A stretch of 63,883 nt of DNA, the filler included, from Choristocarpus tenellus KU-1152 (taxonomy: Eukaryota > Protista > Phaeophyceae), in the NCBI GenBank assembly GCA_964200185.2. It is 9 parts of 9 records of this genome, joined end to end, with 100 filler letters (N's around TTAATTAATTAA, not from the genome) between each part and the next. Parts side by side here need not be neighbours in the genome. Positions count along the whole stretch, not along the records: positions 33,494 to 41,741 come from CAXNAD020004938.1; positions 41,842 to 51,621 come from CAXNAD020003396.1; 7 more parts are not named here. One strand, written 5' to 3'. A program made the position numbers and the translations under genes. The notes beneath the pieces were generated by a model. The model saw only the letters and a list, made by a program, of their open reading frames with translations. It did no database searches and was not told the origin of the DNA. Positions 41,437 to 50,970 of this stretch are shown in pieces. Position 1 is the first letter of the stretch. The number at the start of each line of letters is the position of its first letter.

Positions 41437-41741
41437 AATATCATACGATGGTCGATTGTAATATCATACAATGGTCGATTGTAATATCATACAATGGTCG
41501 ATTGTAATATCATACAATGGTCGATTGTAATATCATACAATGGTAGATTGTAATATCATACAATGGTAGATTGTATTATCATACAATGGTAGATTGTAAC
41601 ATCATACAATGGTAGATTGTAATATCATACAATGGTCGATTGTAATATCATACAATGGTAGATTGTAATATCATACAATGGTAGATTGTATTATCATACA
41701 ATGGTAGATTGTAACATCATACAATGGTAGATTGTAATATC
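41437..41741. repeat. 23-bp minisatellite (aatatcatacaatggtMgattgt) x13+, running into the gap
   Basis: Direct head-to-tail units with no spacers. Confidence 0.97.
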
Positions 41742-42049
41742 NNNNNNNNNNNNNNNNNNNNNNNNNNNNNNNNNNNNNNNNNNNNTTAATTAATTAANNN
41801 NNNNNNNNNNNNNNNNNNNNNNNNNNNNNNNNNNNNNNNNNCCAACCAGTCCCCAACAAGAAAAACTGAAAAAAAGTATAAAATAACCCAATTCATCCAA
41901 ACACAAAGTGAAATCAAGTATAGAAAGCCTGAAATGCATGCATAGCAACAACTCCAGAAGGGACAAACCGAAAGTCAGAAACAGGTGAAATGAATCTCCA
42001 ATATGCACTGCAGACGTGATACAGTCAACTCCTTTTAATTTCACTTTGC

Positions 42050-42950
42050 ACCACCAAACAAATTCACCACCACAATAATATCAAATCAAATGTCTTCCTC
42101 AAAATCAAATCATGCCATCATTCTACAAAACCCTCTCGTTATTTAATAAGTTAATGTACCCCTGGTCTTGATGAACTCAAGTGGATAAAAAAATCAGGAC
42201 ACACTTGACACAATTGTCATGAACCTATAAAATAAAAATAAATTGGAGAACTTGCAACATGAAAGTCAGAACTACTAAGTAAACCAACCCAAATTCTTTG
42301 AAAGGTTGCAAAATCAATCTTTATGACAATGTTAAAACACATATCCTACCCAATCTCAAGATTAATGTTTCATAAGCATGGAAATCCAGTAAACCAACTT
42401 TTGACACCACTTTCCACTATAACAACTCATTTGCACAAAAATAAAATATAGCAGTAGCAAGCCTTCCTTAATGACACAATATACTATCATTCTACTAAAT
42501 TCAATCTTGTTACTTATCGGTTACCTTTTTCAACAAGATAACATCAGTCAGCTGTTCATGAAAGGGACAGTAGGAGAAGTTCCACAAAAGTTTAGAAATA
42601 GATCTAGTGATGTCTCACGAGGTATAATTTTTTTCAATATCAATATTAAAGGTTGTAACCCCTTTAGAGGGTTTATACTTATAGAACCTGTACAACAGAT
42701 ACATTCAAAGATTACAGGAAAGTAGATGTCGCATTGCACTGCCAACACAACAGTTTCACCTTGTTTGACATGCTACTATTTCTTATAGAGAGTATCTTCA
42801 TATCAAGAACATGCAATTTCCTCAAGTAAAATTTCGGGAATCAAAAGTTTGGAGGGTAGAAACAGAATTGACTAACTCTCCGTTTAATCCATATAATGTC
42901 AACAGTGCATCGTGTCAAATACAATTCAAAAATTACCCTCACACTCTCCT
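42050..42950 (-). mobile_element. Possible very old copia RT/RNaseH remnant
   Basis: Only scattered motif-like traces, such as LYGL at ~42885, with no open frame. Confidence 0.25.
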
Positions 42951-43187
42951 CCATTTTCTCAAATCTTAGCTCTCTACCCGACTTAGAAATCAACATTCTC
43001 AGATATTCTAATTAGACAGTAAGATTAAAAATAAAATAATATCAATATCACCTTATTACCCCTTGTAGAATCCTTAATGAACACATGGTTGGTAAGAAAT
43101 ATCCCTAACAGTACAATAATCCATAAATAAAAATACATAATATGTTGGATTAAAGGGTAGGTTCTCTTTCGTATCAAATTAAATGTA

Positions 43188-43368
43188 CCAAAAAAATATA
43201 TAGACTCTTCCAAGACATATATTAACCCTAACCCTAACCCTATAGCGAAAAGATATATAAAATCTTCCAAGACATATTAACCCTAACCCTGACCCTAACC
43301 CTATAGCGAAAAGATATATAGAATCTTCCAAGACATATTAACTCTAACCCTAACCTTAACCCTATATA
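43188..43368. repeat. ~60-bp tandem repeat x3, each unit containing 3-4 AACCCT telomeric units
   Basis: aaaagatatata..tcttccaagacatatt(aaccct)n atagcg repeated three times. Confidence 0.92.
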
Positions 43369-43470
43369 TTATATATATATCTTATGCTAAGAGTAGTTTA
43401 TCCTTAGGATAAGTTAGAAATCAAACAAAATTCGCCATTGATAGTGACCATAACAGAAACGGTTGCATAC

Positions 43471-44564
43471 CTTCAGATACGAAGTGACAGCAGCATCTTC
43501 TGCATCACCCTCCCAGTTTCCCTCCTTCCAGATACCTTTCCATTTCCCAACAGCATCTTCCAAATGCAAATACGGCAACATCGTTTGACCTTCAACCTTG
43601 GCATGTGACACCTCACCCGGTTTGAGTGCTGCCATCATGGGATCCAATCCATCACGTAGGGCAACCATCACAGCAGATGATCTTGCCCATCCCATTGGGA
43701 TAACCTTACCCACAGTGGGAAACAAGCGAGTTCCATCCGGGCCAGGTCTAACTCCATGCATCACAAGCTCCACAATCTTCTTTCGAATAGCATCCATCCT
43801 TTCTCCTCCTGACCAGCATGATACAACCATCACTCCTAGGATGTAAAGATCCGCAGGTGGTTGAACCTCCTTGATTTTATCCACACCCAACTCCTTCTGC
43901 CGCTTAGAAAATATATTTTCCATCTCTTCACGTTTGACTTTCAAATGTTTACCAATAAAAAGATCAAGCTTCTTCATCGCACATTCAACCTCATCATCAC
44001 CCTTCATACAGTCGATATGCGTCCCAACAACCAAAACAGAGGAACCAGGCACCTTGCACAGCAGCAGATCAAGCCAGCTGCAGACAAGCTTACCTTTGTC
44101 TGACTCTTCATGATAGAACTTGTAAAGATCAACCACAAGAAGGTTTAAGGCGCCCATAGTAAGAAAAAATGGACGCATGGAGTCGTACTCCTTGTGTGCG
44201 CCAAAGTCCCACATCATCAATTCTAGCAGCTCTTCACCATTCGGCTTCCAGGAGTGTACATCTACTCCACGAGTGCGATCTTCAAGAGTGGTCAAATAGG
44301 GCCGTCCATCCAACAAACTCCGGGCAAGGCTAGTCTTGCCTGCAAAAATCTCGCCAACAAGAACCACCTTCAGCCTGTAGGACTTAGACGACCCAGAAAG
44401 TTCAACAGCCTCGTAATATCGAACAATTGCCTCCAAACCAACCGACACAACCTCTGTTGGAGGACTAACCCATGGGTTGAGGGAAAAAAAATGGCTTATT
44501 GCTGCCCCCTTACAAAAAAAATACATGCATGACATAAGCTGTATTGCTGCCTCCTTCGAGAAAA
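43471..44564 (-). CDS. ROCO Roc GTPase exon (Roc domain and start of COR)
   Basis: 373-aa ORF 43414..44535 carries the G1-G5 motifs. A phase-1 acceptor ttttttcttatcag| at 44564 is in frame; the donor is at 43471. Confidence 0.93.
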
Positions 44565-47500
44565 CTGATAAGAAAAAAGTAAAATATAACCGACACGGAA
44601 GGAGGAGACATTAAGAGTTAGATGAAAGATTATAAAGCAATGACACAAAACAAAGAGTTATAAAAAGAACTTCCACCGCATTCAACATCTTCCCAACTTC
44701 ATATACTACATAATATATTTCTTAACTGTAGAATTATTATTAGCAAGTATCACCGACAAAATATTGTCCAACTAAGAAATAACCACAAATATCAATCAGG
44801 AGTGGATTGACAAAGGATGCAAAACGAAAAACACATCTATTCTTACAATCACAAATTCTCAATCACCTTCTATCCTCAGACTAACCAAACATCTTCAACA
44901 CACCTATCCACAACAACACCATACACAAACGAAAGCAAAAAAAAGGACTTACCACAAAACAAAATACCTCCTCAACTATCCTGCCCTGACTAATACAACA
45001 ACTAATATGCCTACACTCTTGTCTACTACAAATATCACCTCCAGGTACACAACAACCCTCATGCGCACTACATACATCACTCTCCTGTCAACACATCTAA
45101 TTGTCACACTAATCAATATCAAACCATCATACTGCTCTATTACTGATAAGAAATTGGATTCGATCATCTCTAAATTGCACCAGTCCAACATTCTTAGGGC
45201 ACACATCAAAAATATAGATTTTTGACCACACTAGGGTACTTCAACAGGAAACCAAAAAAGAAGACGATACCTTACAATTCAACAAATGTCCAACTTCACA
45301 CTCACCGCTGAGTTGATTTCGTCCCAGATATAGCTCCTGGACACCAAAGAGATTCCCCAGTGTCTCCGGAACGCTCCCTGTGAGGAAAAGAGTTGATTTA
45401 CAAAAACCATTCAAGTTTTGCAACACACAAACAACCATCAGTCCAGAGTGGAATAACAAAGCATGCAAAACGAGAAACACATTTATTCTTACAATCACAA
45501 ATTCTCAATCACCTTTTATCCTCAGACTAACTAAACACTTATTCTCAACAACGCCATACACAAACAAGAGCAAAAAGAGGGACCTACCACAAAACAAAGT
45601 ACCTCCTCAACTATCCTGCCCTCAATAATACAACCACAACTAATATGCCTACACTCTTGTCCACTACAAACATCACGTCCAGGTGCACAACAACCCTCAT
45701 GCGCAAAACACACATCACTCTCCTGTCAACACATCTAATGGTCACACTAATCAATATCAAACCAACCATCATACTGCTCTTATTACTGATAAGAAATTGG
45801 ATTCGATCTCTAAATTGCACCAGTCCAACATTCTTAGGGCACACATCAAAAATATAGATTTTTGACCACACTAGGGTACTTCAACAGGAAACCAAAAAAG
45901 AAGACGATACCTTCAAATTCAACAAATGTCCAACTTTACACTCACCGCTGAGTTCATTGTCGTCCAAACATAGGTCCGTGAGAGCAGAGAGATTCCCCAG
46001 TGACTCCGGGATGGATCCTGTGAGGAAAAAGTTGATTTACGAAAGCCATTCAGGTTTCACAGTACACAAACAACCATGAGTGGGGTGACAAAGCATGCAA
46101 AACGAAAAACACATCTATTCTAACAATCACAAATTCTCAATCACCTTCTATCCTCAGACTAACCAAACATCTTCAACACACCTATCAACAACAACGCCAT
46201 ACACAAACGAAAGCAAAAAGAGGGACCTACCACAAAACAAAATACCTTCTCAACTATCCTGCCCTGATTAATACAACCACAATATGCCTACACTCTTGTC
46301 CACTACAAACATCACCTCCAGGTACACAACAACCATCATGCGCACTACATACATCACTCTCCTGTTAACACATCTAATTGTCACACTAATCAATATCAAA
46401 CCAATCATGGTCTTGCCATAGCAATGATAAGAAATTGGATTCAATCATTTCTATATTGCACGAGTCCAACATTCTTAGGGCACATATCAGAAAAATATAC
46501 ATTTTTGACCACACTAGGGTACTTCAACAGGATACCAAAAATGAAGAATATACCTTACAATTCAACAAATGTCCAACTTCACACTCACCGCTAAATTTAT
46601 TGTATCCCAAATTTAGGTAACTGAGAGCGGAGAGATTCCCAAGTGACTCCGGGATTGTCCCTGAGGAAAAGAGTTGATTTACGAAAGCCATTCAGGTTTC
46701 ACAACACACAAACAACCATTAGTCCAGAGTGGGATGACAAAGCATGCAAAACAAAAAACACATCTATTCTTATAATCACAAATTCTCAATCACCTTTTAT
46801 CCTCAAACTAACTAAATATCTTCCAACTAACCTATCCACAACAACGCCATACACAAACGAAAGCAAAAAAAAGGACTTACCACAAAACAAAATACCTCCT
46901 CAACTATCCTGCACTCAATAATACAACCACAACTAATATGCCTACACTCTTGTCCACTACATACATCACCTCCAGGTACACAATAACCCTCATGCGCACT
47001 ACATACATCACTCTCCTGTCAACACATCTGATTGTCACACTAATCAATATCAAACCATGGTCTTCTTCTAGCAATGATAAAAAAAATTGAATTCAATCAT
47101 CTCTAAATTGCACCAGTCCAATATTCTTAGGGCACACATCAAAAATATAGATTCTTGACCACACTAGGGTACTTCAACAGGAAACCAAAAAAGAAGACGA
47201 TACCTTCAAATTCAACAAATGTCCAACTTCACACTCACCGCTAAATTTATTGTGTCTCAAAACTAGGTAAATTAGAGCAGAGAGATTACCCAGTGACTCC
47301 GGGATGCTCCCTGTGAGGAAAAGAGTTGATTTACGAAAGCCATTCAGGTTTCACAATACACAAACAACCATTAGTCCAGAGTGGGGTGACAAAGCATGCA
47401 AAACGAAAAACACATCTATTCTTACGATCACAAATTCTCAAATCACCTTCTATCCTCAGACTAACTAAACATCTTCAACACACCTATCAACAACAACACC

Positions 47501-50479
47501 ATACACAAACGAGAGCAAAAAGAGGAACCTACCACAAAACAAAGTACCCCCTCAACTATACTGCCCTGACTAATACAACCACAACTACTATGCCTACACT
47601 CTTGTCCACTACAAACATCACCTCCAGGTACACAACAACCCTTATGCGCACTACATACATCACTCTCCTGTCAACACATCTAATTGTCACACTAATCAAT
47701 ATCAAACCAATCATGGTCTTGACCTAGTACTGACAAGAGATTGGATTCGATCATCTCTAAATTGCACCAGTCCAACATTCTTAGGGCACACATCAAAAAT
47801 ATACATTTTTGACCACACTAGGGTACTCAAACAGGAAACCAAAAAAACAGAAGATACCTTCAAATTCAACAAATGTCCAACTTCACACTCACCGCTGAGT
47901 TCATTGGTCATCAAAATTAGGAACTTGAGAGAAGAGAGATTCCCCAGTGACTCCGGGATGGCTCCTGTGAGGAAAAGAGTTGATTTACGAAAGCCATTCA
48001 GGTTTCACAACACACAAACAACCATTAGTCCAGAGTGGGGTGACAAAGCATGCAAAACGAAAACACATCTATTCTTACAATCACAAATTCTCAATCACCT
48101 TTTATCCTCAGACTAAACTAAACATCTTTAACACACCTATCCACAACAACGCCATACACAAACGAGAGCAAAAAGAGGGACCTACCTCAAAACAAAATAC
48201 CTTCTCAACTATCCTGCCCTGACTAATACAACCACAACTACTATGCCTAAACTCCTGTACATTCATGAGCAACAAATAAATATTAATGAAAACAAAAAAA
48301 AATCACAAAATTAGTTACTTGAACATGGTTTACTCACTGCACAGTTCATATGAAAAAGTGACACTTCTCACAATATATATTCTAGAAACACTATCAACGG
48401 GAGTGTATCACCTCAAACATAAAAGTTTTCAACACAAATTAAAACAAAAAATCTTAAAGTGCCACTAAAATGCATTCTTTTTTTCACAAATAAAAATTTA
48501 TTTGTGTTCTATTTATTTTAATGGTTAGCTTTCACTACACACTAAAATACAGTTAATCATACCAAGAGCACCTTTGATCACATATGGCAACAAATTCAAA
48601 AATAAATTATGTTGGCGAGAAAATCAAAAATCTCTCCACAGAAAGCTAAAATGATACTATTTAACCTAACTTACCTAAATTGTATCAATTGATATCAGTG
48701 CAAATCTACATGTTCCTATAACTCGACCACTTCAGAAGCATAGCCGCACTTGTTATGTTCCTCTATTGGTTTTGTAATCCCTACTGGACTCCTAATATTT
48801 AGAAACACCCTTCATGTTGCCATTTCTCAACATGTGGTGCCAGTGACTTATCAAAGAATACAGAAACTATAGAACATTTTGTTTTGGGATACTGAAGGGC
48901 AGAAAAATATCATATTTTCAACTGGGCACTATAGTGTGAGGTTTAAACGTAGCAATGCTGGTCTGATTCTTAAGTGCCAGACATAAACATTCTGTTTGCA
49001 ATCATATTAGGGTATGCAATAAAGTAAATATGATCAAATCAATTCATAGAGATTTCAAGAAACTTGAAATATGACAAATCTAAACGACAAGCCAGAGATA
49101 AGCTGGTAATCAATGCCTTTCAACAGATGCTCTAAAAAATTTCATCTCAATTACCAATCCCTCGGAGAGGATGGTATGCTTTTGCTCATTCACTGATTTA
49201 ACAAAAATAATAATTTATACTCTGCTTTCAGCAATATATTATGTACACAGAACATTTTAAAGTAGAAAAGGTTTTGTTGAGGGAGTGTAGCAGAATTCAT
49301 CTCAGGAAGTTACAATTTGCACAGAAATATGTTTTATCGGATTTTGAATACATGTGCCAACATATTTCACTTGTAAACATCACATAAACACAAACAGGAT
49401 AAAGAATGGAACACCAATCTACCGGTACTGCATGTTCTGTCCGAATCATTCTGTTCACAAATACTTTAGTGCAAGAGGTTACTCGCAATCACCACTTCAA
49501 GATGGGGTAATCTAAAGCATAAACCAAAGCCTGACGGACGCTTTTCAGAGATAGATGTCAAAGCTGAGACACACCCAACCAATCACAACGACAAAATGGT
49601 CCAGTTCTCGCACAGCTTCGCTCTTGTACAGTTTTGTCTACCCCACCTCAAAAGACCTTTCGATATAGGTTGTGTTCCATCTACCTTCACAAGAATCCCC
49701 AAAATCAAACCTTTGAAGACGAGCCCTTGCGTCATCGTAAAAATCAATTTCTTGTCACTTACAAAAGGAGTCGAGGTGCCATATTCCCCTACAAATGTTA
49801 ACACACGCCTCATCGTTGACCTTCAAAAACGGCAGAAGTCAAATATGACCTCATGTACACATACCACATTCTTTCCTAGGACCACTAATGCGGACAAAAC
49901 CTCGACCAATACTATTTGACGTTAACCTCACAGCCACTGTCCAATGTGTCAACACACATGCACGAATGCTTAGTGTAAACTCCTTGATCATTCACATCTG
50001 TAAAACACCTCTACGAGCAAGTCAACACTATTGCGCCCTTCGATATACACATCACAAATTTGAAGCCAACCATACAAGAAGCCACCAGGAAATGGACGTG
50101 CACCACACAAAATTGGAATGTAAAACACCACAGTCAAAACTTACCCTTGAGATTGTTCTTGTTGAGGTTTATCTTCACCACGTACCCTTCATCGTCGACT
50201 TCAACCCCGTACCACGTTGACAGATCATCAGCATTGGAGTTCCACCCGGTATTATTCTTCCACAGATGTCCATTCGTGGAGACATAGAATTCAAGAAGAA
50301 TCTCCCGTTGCGCGACTGTAGTCGAGAAGCGAAGGGCAACAAGCGACAAATGCGACACCAAATTTATTAGTTGCTGTTCTCTGTTTGGCATTTTCATTCT
50401 CAACCCATCACCGAAAACACCATGAAAACAACTCACCTGCTCTCCGGAATGATTCCAACCTGCTAGTCGCCGTCGCCAT
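43471..50479 (-). CDS. LRR-ROCO (Roc-COR) GTPase, multi-exon, 3' partial. Exons 50479-50437, 50315-50145, 47964-47893, 47310-47239, 46660-46589, 46017-45946, 45377-45306, 44564-43471
   Basis: The spliced model reads MATATSRLESFRRA|VAQREILLEFYVSTNGHLWKNNTGW...LSTWYGVEVDDEGYVVKINLNKNNLKG (LRR N-cap), then five 24-aa LRRs, then NPWVSPP...LKVVLVGEIFAGKTS (P-loop), RTRGVDV (G2), WDFGAH (G3 variant), VGTHID (G4), VSC (G5) and IPMGW (start of COR). All junctions are GT-AG and phase-compatible (phase 1 until the Roc exon, which ends AAG|GTATGC). Downstream COR exons were not found before the gap. Confidence 0.93.
45306..45377 (-). CDS. ROCO 72-nt LRR exon 5: (G)SVPETLGNLFGVQELYLGRNQLS
   Basis: cctcacag| 72 nt |gtgagt, phase 1/1. 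Also visible in ORF 45241..45498. Confidence 0.92.
45946..46017 (-). CDS. ROCO 72-nt LRR exon 4: (G)SIPESLGNLSALTDLCLDDNELS
   Basis: cctcacag| 72 nt |gtgagt, phase 1/1. Confidence 0.92.
46589..46660 (-). CDS. ROCO 72-nt LRR exon 3: (G)TIPESLGNLSALSYLNLGYNKFS
   Basis: ttttcctcag| 72 nt |gtgagt, phase 1/1. The acceptor has lost 2 nt relative to the other units but retains CAG. Confidence 0.92.
47239..47310 (-). CDS. ROCO 72-nt LRR exon 2: (G)SIPESLGNLSALIYLVLRHNKFS
   Basis: cctcacag| 72 nt |gtgagt, phase 1/1. Confidence 0.92.
47893..47964 (-). CDS. ROCO 72-nt LRR exon 1: (G)AIPESLGNLSSLKFLILMTNELS
   Basis: cctcacag| 72 nt |gtgagt, phase 1/1, LxxLxLxxNxLxGxIPxxLGxL consensus. Confidence 0.92.
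50145..50315 (-). CDS. ROCO exon 2: LRR N-terminal cap plus first partial LRR
   Basis: Acceptor ...gactacag| and donor AAG G|gtaagt, 171 nt. Translates to AQREILLEFYVSTNGHLWKNNTGWNSNADDLSTWYGVEVDDEGYVVKINLNKNNLK. Confidence 0.9.
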
Positions 50480-50704
50480 GACCGCCCGTGAACGAGGACA
50501 ATCACACGCCCCAGGACGACAACAAACGCAATTTGAGTATAATCTACTTGTTGTATTTACCTCTTTGGCACATGATAACCATCTACCATCGATGAGTGAG
50601 TGTCGTGTGAGTAAGGTGAAAAATTCGTCACTGAAAGATGAATTGCCAAGACAAAAAATATATACTAAAAATAATAATATTTCAATCCTTCAAACTCTCT
50701 ATAA

Positions 50705-50970
50705 ACACCTCACCTCTCCAACCAAAGGGAAAGTTTATGAAGTAATATGAGTTTTGTAGATGATATCAAGGAGGGAAGGAAGAGTTCAGATTGAGGGGTT
50801 AAGAAAATAGGTGGCAGATGGAGGCACAAGGGGAGAAGGAATGAACAGTATTGAATCGAATGAAGAATCCTGAGGCTGGGGGACAAGACGAGGAGGGCTA
50901 GATCAAGAGGAACCTCGAATAAGCTTCCGTCGGAATGGATCAAGGAAGAACCAGAGCAATCTTCTCTACA
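50705..50970 (-). repeat. Dispersed repeat homologous to 63230-63550, just upstream of the ROCO start codon
   Basis: The reverse complement aligns by eye with 63230-63550, e.g. acaaaactcatattacttcataaactttc vs acaaaactcagattacttcataaactttc. Confidence 0.7.

Larger units (their letters stand above)
44780..48260. repeat. Tandem array of ~640-654 bp units (about 5.4 copies), each an intron plus a 72-nt LRR exon
   Basis: Exon spacings are 640, 643, 650 and 654 nt. Intron blocks recur in every unit; for example 45171-45273 is identical to 45811-45913. Confidence 0.97.

Noticed and set aside
41437-41741. CRISPR-like array
   Set aside because: The units are head-to-tail with no unique spacers, there are no cas genes and the context is eukaryotic.
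44976-48222. Repeated plus-strand ORFs such as MPTLLSTTNITSRYTTTLMRTT and RKRVDLRKPFRF
   Set aside because: These are by-products of the A/C-rich intron repeat; frames and stops differ between units.
37583-50479. MLO next to ROCO as an immunity gene cluster
   Set aside because: The genes are on different contigs separated by an artificial spacer, so linkage is unsupported.
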